Virus record (IMG/VR): IMGVR_UViG_3300035698_009252
Coordinates: 64,001 to 128,000 of that record
Direction: 5' to 3' (one strand)
Source of the DNA: a virus
DNA: 64,000 nt
In this document: piece after piece, positions 1-9,956 of the stretch
Numbering within the stretch: the first letter of the stretch is position 1
Layout of the letters: each line of letters begins with the position of its first letter
Position numbers and translations under genes: made by a program
The notes under the pieces: generated by a model
Databases searched by the model: none
What the model saw: the letters and a program-made list of their open reading frames with translations, nothing else
What the model was told of the DNA's origin: nothing

Positions 1-534
1 TGTATATGAAAACGACCAATCCCGTATATCATCTCCGCCGGACCACCAATACGCCGCCGGTTGATTGCTCGGGTCAGAATCATAATCCAAGATGTAACTG
101 TTAGTGACAGCGCCCCCGGCAATCTTATCATTTATCCCCATAAAAGAGACGCTACAATTGATGAGGCCCCCTGGGGACCCCGAAAGGGACACCGTCTGGG
201 ATAGACAATTTTCCATGAGATAGTGGTTTTCTCCATCATGGATTCCCACATCGAATTCCCAGTTTCGGTCAAGTATCCGGTCAACCTTAATCACATTGTT
301 TATCGCATACGTGCTTACATCGAAGTTTAACGAGCCAGTAAAGGTGCTGGTTCCCAGTGCATGAAGAACACGGCCTCGCTTCTGCATTGTCCCATCGAGG
401 ATGGACGGCAAGTCAAGCATATCAAGCGTCGACGGGGCAACTGCCCGGTCAAAGCTGCCACCCGTGACAACGACCTGCACGCCAAAGATGGTCGCACTGC
501 CACCATAACCCAGTCTTTTTGCTGAGGTTGTCAT
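1..534 (-). CDS. Tail tube-like protein, paralog 3 (runs off the left edge; absent from the ORF track)
   Basis: Hand translation MTTSAKRLGYGGSATIFG...PAAYWWSGGDDIRDWSFSYT is open to position 1. ATG overlaps the upstream TGA. Shares the LGYxG start and P-x-x-(F/Y)W...WS motifs with 1853-2746 and 2779-3909. Confidence 0.6.
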   Translation of the reverse strand, partial: MTTSAKRLGYGGSATIFGVQVVVTGGSFDRAVAPSTLDMLDLPSILDGTMQKRGRVLHALGTSTFTGSLNFDVSTYAINNVIKVDRILDRNWEFDVGIHDGENHYLMENCLSQTVSLSGSPGGLINCSVSFMGINDKIAGGAVTNSYILDYDSDPSNQPAAYWWSGGDDIRDWSFSYT

Positions 535-1265
535 TCGACTCTCCGGCCACGAGAAAGCCGCGTGTGCCCTCCCGAAGAAATTTTTGTAGGAGACCCCTTC
601 CGGGTCTTTGTGCGCTGCCTCATGGAGTCCCCTTCCTTACGAGTCATCACCTTGAGCATCAGATATTCCTTGAAAGGCAAAACCGGCAACTCTCCCTTAT
701 TCAGACCGAACTTTTCCCAGAAGCTCCCCAGAGTGCAGAACATACTCACAGCCTCGCATGCATTCGACACTCCCTGAGTATTCTCCGAGAACAAAATAGA
801 ACTTTGACGTTCTATGCGGTTCTCGTCCTCCTCGCTAATGATGGTTGTCTGATAAAATTTATCCAGAAGGGCTTCCAGAAGGGGGCCACAAACATTCCCT
901 ACATGGTCATAACACTCAGAAGTCATCCATCCGCTCTCCCGCTTAATCGGGATGGGCAATGACCACGATAGAAGATTTTTCTTCAACATGAGTCTACGGT
1001 ATTCATTGGGTTCGGAGACCATAACGGATTGTTGCCCATCCCCAATAGGAATGGACCGAGTCGATGCTCGCTCTACGGCATAATTGTCCCCAAATGTGAA
1101 CGTACCGAATACTGCTTTCACCTCTTCTTCCCCATCCTTACCGCTGGGCAAGCACATGCCCTCATGCCAAATCACAGGAACCTTGACCGTAACCCGGTCC
1201 GGGTCACGTATCATTTCCCAGGCTTCGCGAGCCTTGGCATCAACCGTTGTATTCGAGAATTTCAT
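531..1265 (-). CDS. Putative tail assembly chaperone-like protein
   Basis: Lies among tail tube-like genes. LLSWSL...LLEALLD segment resembles LLQSWTF...IIRRILD of its neighbour. Confidence 0.45.
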   Translation of the reverse strand: MKFSNTTVDAKAREAWEMIRDPDRVTVKVPVIWHEGMCLPSGKDGEEEVKAVFGTFTFGDNYAVERASTRSIPIGDGQQSVMVSEPNEYRRLMLKKNLLSWSLPIPIKRESGWMTSECYDHVGNVCGPLLEALLDKFYQTTIISEEDENRIERQSSILFSENTQGVSNACEAVSMFCTLGSFWEKFGLNKGELPVLPFKEYLMLKVMTRKEGDSMRQRTKTRKGSPTKISSGGHTRLSRGRRVE

Positions 1266-1728
1266 TCATCCCGTCCAATATTCGTCGAATGATGTTCGGA
1301 TGCAACTTTTTGAAATTGTTCCACGATTCATCCGTCAGGGTGTCATTCACCCGGTGAATTTTCAGCCTCGGGTTGTCTTTATCAAAAGTCCAGGATTGCA
1401 AGAGTTTCTGCACCTTGAGCCGGTCCAAGAGGTCTGTATCTACCAGGTGCACCCTTCTTGCCGTGTCAAACGACGTAGCGGATTTGCGGAGCATCACAAT
1501 CTCATCATAATTCCATACCCGGAAAACGACCTTATGGGTTGAAATCCCCTTCCCCTTACCTGGCACGACAACCCATCGATTATCAACGGACCGCAAGTGT
1601 ATCTCCACCTCGAATGTGTGCTCCGGTGTAACCTCATACTTCCCCGGCGACATCAAAGCCTCATCCACCCGAGGACCTTCCGGTTTGGGTTTTGTTTTCG
1701 TATTCTGTTTCTGTTTTACAGTTGCCAT
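1240..1728 (-). CDS. Putative tail assembly chaperone
   Basis: 162 aa directly after the tail tube-like genes, with a GAGG Shine-Dalgarno. Function inferred from position. Confidence 0.45.
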   Translation of the reverse strand: MATVKQKQNTKTKPKPEGPRVDEALMSPGKYEVTPEHTFEVEIHLRSVDNRWVVVPGKGKGISTHKVVFRVWNYDEIVMLRKSATSFDTARRVHLVDTDLLDRLKVQKLLQSWTFDKDNPRLKIHRVNDTLTDESWNNFKKLHPNIIRRILDGMNEILEYNG

Positions 1729-1742
1729 GGCTATTCCCTCAC

Positions 1743-1796
1743 AAAAAAAGCGCAGAAATCCACCAGGTCGGGATAGACCTGTGGCGCTCTACGCTT
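1743..1796 (-). terminator. Possible intrinsic terminator
   Basis: Imperfect hairpin (CCACAGGTC/GACCTGGTGG core) followed by T7 on the minus strand. Confidence 0.35.
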
Positions 1797-1852
1797 ATCG
1801 CTCATTTCATTTCTCGTTAATATTGTCGGACTTTTGTCCGGGGTGAATTGCC

Positions 1853-2746
1853 TTACGGCACCAATTCTATTTCATAGACAGTATACTCAACATCCAGAGC
1901 CGTTACTCCGTCCGGCGGTTGCAAATCGTCTTGCTCTGTGTTGTGTTCACATCGCTTCAACCTCAACTGCACATTGTCCCCTGTCGGATAATCACCGACG
2001 GTCACGGTTATCTCGGGAATCGAATCCCCAAGGAAATCTGAGGCGATGTACGAACCGGAGAATACCACCATCAAAGGTCCCACTGCCAGATATTTCGGAG
2101 GCTGAGAAGAAGTATTGTGCTCGCATGTGAAGAACTTAACTACATCTTGAGAGAAACTCAACGACCAAGTTGTAAATTCGTAGTCCTTTGTGCCAACGGT
2201 TATGTTTGTACCCCAGAACGGCAACGGAGAGTTGTTCAAGGGGTTCAGTTGGTAAGGGTACTCCTGACTGGGAGGGCAAATGGCCGTGCCTCCTGAGCCG
2301 GGAGGGTAATTCCCGGACTTCTCTGGGTCGAAATCGCCGTAAGTATATGCAGACCGGTCCAAAGCTACAAATTGGACGGAACCATCCATCAAGGAGTTTT
2401 CAGAAGCCGAAATGGTGATGTTGTTGAACCACGTGTGCTCGTAGAGCTGGTCGTTGGCGTTACGAGTGCTAAACCAAACCGGTTTGCTTGCCTGTCTGTC
2501 AAAGAGCCAACCAACAACAACATCACGAAAAAAGTTGATGTCTACTTCGAGACTCAGGCTTCCATCGTAAATCGCATAGTCGTAGTTGTACGGAAGCCCG
2601 AGTCCCATCTCGCCTGGCGGGCTAGAGATTTTCCCTCCGTAGCCCGCCATCGATTCGAGACGAGGACGCGCCCTTGGAACGGACATGCCAGTTCCAAGGG
2701 CGAACTTGTCGTCAACCGTGACCCAGCCTTCGTAGCCGAGACCCAT
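1853..2746 (-). CDS. Tail tube-like protein, paralog 2
   Basis: MGLGYEG start, beta-rich. PLPFWGT and WSLSFSQ match 2779-3909. Confidence 0.55.
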   Translation of the reverse strand: MGLGYEGWVTVDDKFALGTGMSVPRARPRLESMAGYGGKISSPPGEMGLGLPYNYDYAIYDGSLSLEVDINFFRDVVVGWLFDRQASKPVWFSTRNANDQLYEHTWFNNITISASENSLMDGSVQFVALDRSAYTYGDFDPEKSGNYPPGSGGTAICPPSQEYPYQLNPLNNSPLPFWGTNITVGTKDYEFTTWSLSFSQDVVKFFTCEHNTSSQPPKYLAVGPLMVVFSGSYIASDFLGDSIPEITVTVGDYPTGDNVQLRLKRCEHNTEQDDLQPPDGVTALDVEYTVYEIELVP

Positions 2747-2778
2747 GTTCTTTTATCCCTGCTTACACGCAGACGACA

Positions 2779-3909
2779 TTACATCGAGATTTCGGGTGTC
2801 GCCGAGTAAGCGTTTGCCCCGTAATTGGACATAAGGAACGGCGGAAGCACGTTATCCGCGCCATCGCAACGGCCACCCAACCCCTTCAGGTTGAATGTCC
2901 GGTTTGTCACCGCATCCTGTCCCTGGATTCCGTAGTCATCCCCTTCGATAACACACGCGGGAATGGCCATGAAGCTGTCATTCGTACCATCATTGATGGA
3001 GACACGGAAGATGGTGTTGTTAGCGAACAGGTATGGGCTCGTAATCGTGCCCGTGTGTGCTGGCCCCAGAATCGGGTCAAAGACACCGCCCTGGTTGAAC
3101 AATACCACGCTACCCGTCACATCCATCGGCCCCATCATCACTGCCGTCGGCAAACGACTGCCGTTGCAAGTGTATACGAGGACCTGGTTCTGTGCCACGT
3201 CGACACTCCACTCCACCGTCTCCGTCCCGGACTGAATCTCCGTCTCCGCCGCAAACGGTACCCACGGAGCCGGAGTCGTGGTCGTTCCCGCGATAATCCT
3301 CAACTCCGTCTGGGTCCTCCAGAACGGAATCGGGTTCACGTTCGTGCCACCGGGATTCAATGGATTCGTCGTGTCCAGGGTGAGGCAGGAATCCGCAATC
3401 ACACCGAACTTCTGTGAGAGGTAGGTGTACTGCGAGAAGTCCGTACCACCGATGGGGTCCGCTTCTGCCCGATTCAGGGCGAGTGCGCCCAACGAGCACG
3501 TCAAGAACGACCCCTCCGAGGTGGAGAAACCCGCTGACGTGTTGTAGATACCGCCCTGCACTGGGGATACGACTGAGTTGTCATAAGTGTACACCCGAGC
3601 ACCGTCCGGCGAGATTTGCATGTACGCCGAGTACGCCCTGTTACGGATGCACCACCCGTCAACCCACTTCCAAATGAACCCACTTGCGCCGAACTGCATC
3701 TCAATGTCGATGTTACCCTCATAACGCAGGGCGCTATCGGCATAGTGCGCGGACGTAGCTGCATTGTACCAGCCCGAGCCCCACACTGCTGTCGAATAGA
3801 TGGGCTCCAGCATCAGATTTACGCTCGCCCCTGTCGCCAAGAGTACAGCATCTGTGCCTGTGCCACCATTCTCCGCAATTTTCACAAATCCTTGATAACC
3901 CATGCCCAT
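2779..3909 (-). CDS. Putative major tail (tube) protein
   Basis: 376 aa G/T/S/V-rich beta protein with strong SD (AGGAGG), located after the head-tail genes. Confidence 0.6.
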   Translation of the reverse strand: MGMGYQGFVKIAENGGTGTDAVLLATGASVNLMLEPIYSTAVWGSGWYNAATSAHYADSALRYEGNIDIEMQFGASGFIWKWVDGWCIRNRAYSAYMQISPDGARVYTYDNSVVSPVQGGIYNTSAGFSTSEGSFLTCSLGALALNRAEADPIGGTDFSQYTYLSQKFGVIADSCLTLDTTNPLNPGGTNVNPIPFWRTQTELRIIAGTTTTPAPWVPFAAETEIQSGTETVEWSVDVAQNQVLVYTCNGSRLPTAVMMGPMDVTGSVVLFNQGGVFDPILGPAHTGTITSPYLFANNTIFRVSINDGTNDSFMAIPACVIEGDDYGIQGQDAVTNRTFNLKGLGGRCDGADNVLPPFLMSNYGANAYSATPEISM

Positions 3910-3926
3910 GACTATTTCCTCCTATT

Positions 3927-4721
3927 TTACAGCACTACTTGTCGTTCTTTGAGGTTCCTTACCTCTATTGCGTCTCCAACCGTTCCGGTCGAACCAGCAG
4001 GAGCAAAAGCCGCCCCCGTCACGTCAAGGAACCTGTCTGCCGAAGTCCCAACCGAAATTGATGCCCCCGGAGCACTGCCACCAGGAACCGTCACATCAAT
4101 AGTTGTAGGGTTGTTATTCACGTCTTTTACCGTCAACCTCAAATCCAAATCTGTTCCGCCCATCGTGCCGACCACAATCCGAAGCTGTGTCGCTGCGAAG
4201 TAACTGCCATTTGCCGGATTGAGCCCACTTCCATCTCCGTAATTAATGCCATCCGTAAAGCTGATTACCGGCCCTGCCGCCACACTTACATCGGCAAACT
4301 TGTCATCCCCCTCCGAGAACACATGCACCGCGAGCATGTACGAACCCTGCGTCGCCTGGTACAACTCGGCGAAGTATTGGCTAACCCGCTCATCTTTCGC
4401 ATCGAGGTATCCATCCCATCCTCCAACCTGTAGCGGGTCTCCATTCGAGTCCTTCCTCGTAAAATGTCCATTCATACCAGAAACGATGTTCCGTAGGGTT
4501 GTCCCTACCACCATCTCTGTCGGTGCTAAATCATCATCTACGGCCTTATATGGCCCCAAACACGGGATTTCTACATCCGGGTCGCCCGTGTCTGTTATCG
4601 TCTCCCAGTAGTATTCCGTTCCCTGTGCCTCTATTACGACGGACACCGCTTTCATTTGCCCGTACTGATAGGCAGCCCTATCGGCTACCCTCAGCAGAGT
4701 CGCAACGTCAACCAATGGCAT
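3927..4721 (-). CDS. Virion structural protein (hypothetical)
   Basis: Likely start MPLVDVATLL. G/T/V-rich C-terminus, in the tail module. Confidence 0.55.
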   Translation of the reverse strand: MPLVDVATLLRVADRAAYQYGQMKAVSVVIEAQGTEYYWETITDTGDPDVEIPCLGPYKAVDDDLAPTEMVVGTTLRNIVSGMNGHFTRKDSNGDPLQVGGWDGYLDAKDERVSQYFAELYQATQGSYMLAVHVFSEGDDKFADVSVAAGPVISFTDGINYGDGSGLNPANGSYFAATQLRIVVGTMGGTDLDLRLTVKDVNNNPTTIDVTVPGGSAPGASISVGTSADRFLDVTGAAFAPAGSTGTVGDAIEVRNLKERQVVL

Positions 4722-5203
4722 TTGACAACTCTCTCTCGTACCCCACGACTTTCTTTCGAATATTTGCGACGACGGCCAACGCCTTGCTTGCCTCATTCGC
4801 CACTATATCCGAGAAATCAGCCATCTCCTGCAATCCCTCTTTGTACTTCGAAGTTGTCACCGTGCCACCCAGGAAAAAGTTCTCGGCTTTCCGAAGTTCC
4901 ACAATGGCCTTCCGAATTAGCGCAAACCGGCCTGCCATCTTCGTAAAAGCAGGGACAGTGTTAAGCCTTCCGTAGAAGGGCAACAGACTGATTCCTGACC
5001 TTCGTCGCCTCATTCTTCAACCTCATTAACTCTGATTCTAGAGCGTTCAACCCGCTCAGAACAGTACCAACTTCTTCCCGCCCCGCATCACCGTCCTGAA
5101 GAATATCCAATACCTTCAACGCCCGGCGATTTGCCTGGTACGGTCCTTCTCCGACCTTGATTGTCTGGTCGTATCTTTTCTGAAGCAATTCGCTGTTTCG
5201 CAT
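4708..5203 (-). pseudogene. Helical protein apparently split by a 1-nt frameshift (ORFs 4961-5203 and 4708-5013)
   Basis: ...VALLRK joins LNTVPAFTKM... if one G of AAGG near 4966 is removed. Confidence 0.35.
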
Positions 5204-5216
5204 GTTTGTCCATCCA

Positions 5217-5239
5217 CCTATGGTGCTTATATCAAAGAA
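5217..5239 (-). promoter_or_regulatory. Bipartite phage promoter-like motif TTCTTTGATA-N8-ATAGG
   Basis: One of nine intergenic copies with an identical 8-nt spacer. Confidence 0.65.
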
Positions 5240-5242
5240 TTA

Positions 5243-5791
5243 TCACACCTCGACCTCTATGGGCCTGACGATAGATGGGGAATTTGTATCCCCAATCTGC
5301 CACATAGACTCCGGGAAAGGCTCGTGAATTAAGGCGAACCACGAGAACTCCGCAACCCGCATGGTCCCATCTCGCGAAGCACCGTACGAGATATCCTCCA
5401 CCAAGCTGTCCAGGATATACGTATCCACGAGCCCCATGCTCGAATCCCAACGGGTTTCGTTCTGAACCAGGAGCTGTAAATTCTGAGGGCTCGTCATTAT
5501 CTCACCAAGGATGGTTGCCAAGGTGGTTATGTACTCCACCCCATATTTCTCCTTGGAATTAGAGACTGTCAGGGTACAAGTGAAGGTGTATCGGGGCCTT
5601 TGAGCCCGTGTCGTAGCCCACTGATTTGCCCCTGTCCCCGGCTCAATCTCGAAGCTGGGATAAGCCTTAATGGGAAGGGTCTGGCGCATCCCCTCCAAAA
5701 CGGTAAGCCGCCGCGAGCCCTGAAACTCCCGAACAACTCGGTTGATTTGCTGTTCGTTCCTGTTCAACAGGCTTATCACGGTTTGAATCAA
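5243..5791 (-). CDS. Putative tail terminator / tail completion protein
   Basis: YPSFEIEP followed by beta strands and a helix, typical of tail terminators. Positioned between neck and tube genes. Confidence 0.45.
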   Translation of the reverse strand: MIQTVISLLNRNEQQINRVVREFQGSRRLTVLEGMRQTLPIKAYPSFEIEPGTGANQWATTRAQRPRYTFTCTLTVSNSKEKYGVEYITTLATILGEIMTSPQNLQLLVQNETRWDSSMGLVDTYILDSLVEDISYGASRDGTMRVAEFSWFALIHEPFPESMWQIGDTNSPSIVRPIEVEV

Positions 5792-5827
5792 ATTGTGTGG
5801 ATTCGTATAGATGGCGTCACCTTTATC

Positions 5828-6229
5828 CTATTCCGGGAACTCGACCCGCAACGACTGTGCCACCTTCTTCATCTCCAAAGCCGCCTGAAGGTCATCCTCA
5901 AGCCCTTCCTCTACAAATACTCCTACTGTCTTTATGCCATAACGATTCGCAATATGAGAAGCTCTATGCGTCAATTCCCGGACAATCGCAACCTTGGCGT
6001 CATGGGCTGTGAAGCCAACATCTATGGTCATCTCGTCCGGGGAATCTTTCCGCAAGAGGAAGGTTTCGATTTCCTCGTTAGCCCGGATACGTTCAAGAAG
6101 TCGCTGTACCTCGAAATGGATTTCATTGTAGGCATACTTCTCTACGCCATCCTGCCGAGGAATGTGAATCGACACCAAGAACGGAATGAGGTTATTGGCT
6201 TCCTGCTCGATTGCTGCTACCAGTTTCAT
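5828..6229 (-). CDS. Hypothetical protein (head-tail module)
   Basis: 133 aa ORF translationally coupled to the upstream gene (TAATG). Confidence 0.6.
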   Translation of the reverse strand: MKLVAAIEQEANNLIPFLVSIHIPRQDGVEKYAYNEIHFEVQRLLERIRANEEIETFLLRKDSPDEMTIDVGFTAHDAKVAIVRELTHRASHIANRYGIKTVGVFVEEGLEDDLQAALEMKKVAQSLRVEFPE

Positions 6230-6714
6230 TAGAAGTCTTGCTCCGGTATTGATGGTGGCTGGAAGTTCGGAGGTATCGTCCGAGAGAAATGACTCTTACG
6301 CCTCTGCCCCGGAATCCTGTGATTATACCTCTTCATGGCGAATATCTGCCGTCGTGAGTCCTCAATGTACGTCGTCGCTTGCTCCGTTGTGTTCTGAGAG
6401 AGCTGCTGGAATTCATTGAGCAGAAGCAACGCTGCTGACCAATACCGAGCGGCTCGGCGTAAATCGCCAGGGAAAAGGGGCTTCGTCGTCCCATCCGGCA
6501 TAACCCGGTTCATAGACGTGAGAGGGGTGTGATAGAGTTCGTCCAGGACAGCATCGATTTCCCGATCCACCATCTCCTGGTACTTGTTGACATCCGGTTC
6601 GTCAAGCGTGGCCAGCTTACCCTCGTCGATATCCATGACACTCAAGACAGACTGGACGTCGCTCCATGCCCCCGAATAGTATTCTTCGCCGGTCGTTGGA
6701 CTCAAATCGGCCAT
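6229..6714 (-). CDS. Head-tail adaptor (Mu gp36/SPP1 gp15-like)
   Basis: REIDAVLDELYHTPL...LRRAARYWSAALL helical pattern, plus position. Confidence 0.55.
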   Translation of the reverse strand: MADLSPTTGEEYYSGAWSDVQSVLSVMDIDEGKLATLDEPDVNKYQEMVDREIDAVLDELYHTPLTSMNRVMPDGTTKPLFPGDLRRAARYWSAALLLLNEFQQLSQNTTEQATTYIEDSRRQIFAMKRYNHRIPGQRRKSHFSRTIPPNFQPPSIPEQDF

Positions 6715-6995
6715 ATCGTATCTCCCCTGCGAGCCTCACTTATCCCAAGAACACCCTCTGCAATTCTTTCCACCCGAGCATCTGGCATCTTCTCTCTGAT
6801 TCGGCGAGCAATTTTGTCTGACCCGGTCAAGCTTCTGACGACAACATCAAACTCCGACGCTCCGGCACGCTTCCCGTCGGTAACGATGAATCCTTCCTTC
6901 CGCACCCGGTAAACCTCCCGGCGCACTTCTGTAAGGAACATCGTTGACGTGATAAGGTCACCGATTTCCGCAATTTCTTCAGATAAATCCTTCAT
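6702..6995 (-). CDS. Hypothetical protein
   Basis: 97 aa ORF overlapping both neighbours. Confidence 0.55.
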   Translation of the reverse strand: MKDLSEEIAEIGDLITSTMFLTEVRREVYRVRKEGFIVTDGKRAGASEFDVVVRSLTGSDKIARRIREKMPDARVERIAEGVLGISEARRGDTIWPI

Positions 6996-7384
6996 GGTGT
7001 TTGGTCGTAAATGATGTAAAACAGCTCAACCCCTCCAACGATGTTTGATACCGCATAGAGATTCGCAGCCGCAATCCCGATTCTAACAAGCTGCTCATCC
7101 CCACCATACAGCCGGATGAGCGGATAAAGTGTTCCCCCCGTATAGTTCCCGATATCTATGTAATCTGTCGCCGTGGTCGACAAACTCTTAAACACAGACC
7201 AACCTGGAAGGAGAACGCTTCCCGGCTCAATCAGGACGTCCACGTTCGTGATGGTCATTGTGTTTCTGATAAGGCGAGCGGATGTTGACTCCTGGTCCGC
7301 TTTCAAAGTCTGCGATGCGTAGGAATCGTTAAGAGAACCATTTGCCAACGCCATCTGTAATTTGTATGTAATTTCTAAAGACAT
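6992..7384 (-). CDS. Small beta-rich structural protein
   Basis: 130 aa, SD GAGGTG. Confidence 0.55.
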   Translation of the reverse strand: MSLEITYKLQMALANGSLNDSYASQTLKADQESTSARLIRNTMTITNVDVLIEPGSVLLPGWSVFKSLSTTATDYIDIGNYTGGTLYPLIRLYGGDEQLVRIGIAAANLYAVSNIVGGVELFYIIYDQTP

Positions 7385-7394
7385 ATTTACACCT

Positions 7395-8192
7395 CTACAT
7401 CCATTGGTTAGGCTTGAAGCCCCGCAATCTTCCCGTTAGGAATGGGATTCCGTGCGCTCCCCTTGAGCCACCCATTCCCCGAATCGCATCGTAATAGAAA
7501 GTCGTTGGAGGGGAAAGGTAATTGCCCGACTTGAATTTCTCATTGTCCATCGCCCTATCAGCCCGCGACTCGGCGTTCGACTTCAGGGTCTCAAACTGAC
7601 TGGCAATATCCCCACCGCCACCCTCAATATCGTTCGGCCCGATGGCAAAAAGCAGTCGGTACTTCCACAAATCGTAATCCAGCAGCAATTTCTCCATACA
7701 CTGGGCAAAAGCCAGGTCCGTCATCACGCCGTACCAGAACGTTGGGGCAGTGGCCACCGTATAGCCCGTGGGAGGCCCGTATGCACCGGCATTGATGATT
7801 TGAACGGCACACTTGAAGAACCCCTCAAGGACAGCCACCGGGAAGTAGTCAAACCAGTATGTGCAAAGGACTTCCTCCCTGGGACGGCCATCGCCTCCTA
7901 CCGTTACCGCCCCTGCCTGGAATGTTCCATAGGAGTACCCGACGTTCGTAACGCTTGCTGACGCCAGCTCCTGGCCCATCTTCCATACCCGCAACGGGGC
8001 ATCTTGGAGCCAATTGCCGAAGGTCACCTGCCACGTCAAGTTGTCATCCGGGCTCAAATTGCACGGTTCGTCGTGAATGTGAATCTGCCGAAATGACATC
8101 AGCCGAGGTGTCAAGTACTCATCAATCAGCACGTTGAACTGACTGCTGCTTGCTACCCCGGTTGGTATGTAAGTGCCTGCGAAGACCGCCAT
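7395..8192 (-). CDS. Putative neck / head completion protein
   Basis: 265 aa, first gene of the head-tail block, SD AGGAG. Confidence 0.5.
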   Translation of the reverse strand: MAVFAGTYIPTGVASSSQFNVLIDEYLTPRLMSFRQIHIHDEPCNLSPDDNLTWQVTFGNWLQDAPLRVWKMGQELASASVTNVGYSYGTFQAGAVTVGGDGRPREEVLCTYWFDYFPVAVLEGFFKCAVQIINAGAYGPPTGYTVATAPTFWYGVMTDLAFAQCMEKLLLDYDLWKYRLLFAIGPNDIEGGGGDIASQFETLKSNAESRADRAMDNEKFKSGNYLSPPTTFYYDAIRGMGGSRGAHGIPFLTGRLRGFKPNQWM

Positions 8193-8204
8193 GATTCCTA
8201 CTCC

Positions 8205-8615
8205 TTAGAACGCTCTTAGGTCCACCCTTCCCGATTCGGAACCGAAGGTATTTGAGAAAATCTTGTCATCATTGGGATGCCATCCGAACATCTTCAAGAA
8301 TTCCTGAAGGCCACGCGGCCCTTCGCCGTGGTAGCCAAAGCTGAACCCATTAAAAGTATGGGTTTCGGTGCTGCCATCCACCACCCACCTGAACCGTGCT
8401 TCCGTAATCCATTCAATGTGTTTGCTGTCGTAGGTAAAGGTCCCGTCGACCAAGAGATATCCAGCCTCCTTGATGCGCCGTGCATTTTCAAGGCTGTCGC
8501 GAGTCGCCCCTTCCCGCTTGAGCTGCAACATCTTCACGACCTGGAAGTCGCTTTTGAGAGCGACCAATTCCTTTGCCACCCCCAAAAGTTCTTTTGCCAC
8601 GGCTTGTCTGTTCAT
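8205..8615 (-). CDS. Leader-tagged protein (MNRQAVAKELLGVAKELVA), cargo with GFSFGYHGEGPRGL motif
   Basis: Shared leader. ATG coupled to the upstream TAA. Confidence 0.75.
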   Translation of the reverse strand: MNRQAVAKELLGVAKELVALKSDFQVVKMLQLKREGATRDSLENARRIKEAGYLLVDGTFTYDSKHIEWITEARFRWVVDGSTETHTFNGFSFGYHGEGPRGLQEFLKMFGWHPNDDKIFSNTFGSESGRVDLRAF

Positions 8616-8962
8616 TACCAACCTCTCATGTATTCGGATATCTCATCACCGTACTTGCGCCAAAGTCGCCTAATCGGGGGAGCATTCAGCAGAAAATGCC
8701 CCTTAGCCGCTTCCAAGAATAGATAAACAGCATCTTTCCCCTTCGTCCCCCACTTGCCGTTCAGTTGCTTTTTAACAGCCGCTAAAGAGTCGACGACCTG
8801 CTTGACAATCGGGGCGGTATTCGGTCTGTCATCAACCGAAGCAAGAGCCCACTTCTCAAGACTCACATACAGCTTCGAAAGACGTTCTCGGGCCATTGGG
8901 TCGTCATCCGCAAACATCTCGGCAATCTCTACCAGTTCCTGTGCAATTGCTTCTCTTTTCAT
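8615..8962 (-). CDS. Leader-tagged protein (MKREAIAQELVEIAEMFA)
   Basis: Shared leader. Confidence 0.75.
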   Translation of the reverse strand: MKREAIAQELVEIAEMFADDDPMARERLSKLYVSLEKWALASVDDRPNTAPIVKQVVDSLAAVKKQLNGKWGTKGKDAVYLFLEAAKGHFLLNAPPIRRLWRKYGDEISEYMRGW

Positions 8963-8976
8963 ATCGCCCTCAATAT

Positions 8977-9555
8977 TTAGAACATCTTCATAAGGGATTT
9001 GGCATAAACCAACGTCAAAGCCCCCATAACCATACCCTCTTCATTGTTGTCGTCCTCGGCATCTAAGAGCATCATCCGCCCTTTGCGACGCATCGAGTCC
9101 AGCTTACCCTTGTCCATCCCTGACAACTTTTTGTAGACGGCCTTTGAAATCCTGTCTATCTCGGAACTGCTAAGGGATACTTCCAAATCCATATCCTTAA
9201 GAACGGATTTCAGCTTCCCCGCCGACAATAGCCCGGCACTATCACTCCGGTGTGCCAACTCGTCCTTGAGCATCCGTTCGATTATCTGATTAACATCACG
9301 GTCAGTCGTGTTGGCACGAGAAGGCGTCTGGAGCGCCCCCCTCGTCCCAACTTGGATATCCCACCAAACCCTTGTCCCGAGACTCCTGTCCGCCGGATTC
9401 CTTACGACATAGACATGGACCCCATCAATCTCTCCGGCCCAAGCATACGCGCCAAGACCTATATCCATTTTCCGAAGTCCCCTCAGAAAGTTCGGAGCCG
9501 CCATCAGTTCCTTAGCAACCCTCACCAACTCTTTTGCTACTGCTTGTCGGTTCAT
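8977..9555 (-). CDS. Leader-tagged protein (MNRQAVAKELVRVAKELMA)
   Basis: Shared leader. Confidence 0.75.
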   Translation of the reverse strand: MNRQAVAKELVRVAKELMAAPNFLRGLRKMDIGLGAYAWAGEIDGVHVYVVRNPADRSLGTRVWWDIQVGTRGALQTPSRANTTDRDVNQIIERMLKDELAHRSDSAGLLSAGKLKSVLKDMDLEVSLSSSEIDRISKAVYKKLSGMDKGKLDSMRRKGRMMLLDAEDDNNEEGMVMGALTLVYAKSLMKMF

Positions 9556-9566
9556 TACGTCCCCCC

Positions 9567-9956
9567 TCAGCTCACATAGGCTGTCACGTCGTACCGGTCC
9601 AGCGGGTCATCGACACTACCGGCCCCCGCCGCAATTACGACTCCGTACAGCACGGTACGACGGCCCTTTTCATTATTGAAATACACTTCGAACTTCCACG
9701 TCTTGCTCTCGGGGACCCCGTCCCGGTTATTGGTATAGAAGTTGTCCGTCATCGCCCAGTCGAATGCGGCAGAATCCAGGGTCTTCCAAATCTGGTTAAC
9801 CCAGCGCCAATCGGTATCCCGGAGAAGCCCCTTTGGAGAGTTACGATGAATCACCTTGTTCACCTCGCGCCGGGCCTTGACATTCTTCATACCGGTGAGG
9901 GAGTTCTCATCTTCGGCCAGGTTCTCGGCGATTCTTATGATTCGTTTTAGGTCCAT
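9567..9956 (-). CDS. Short-leader protein (MDLKRIIRIAENLA)
   Basis: ATG coupled to the upstream TGA. Short leader variant. Confidence 0.7.
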   Translation of the reverse strand: MDLKRIIRIAENLAEDENSLTGMKNVKARREVNKVIHRNSPKGLLRDTDWRWVNQIWKTLDSAAFDWAMTDNFYTNNRDGVPESKTWKFEVYFNNEKGRRTVLYGVVIAAGAGSVDDPLDRYDVTAYVS

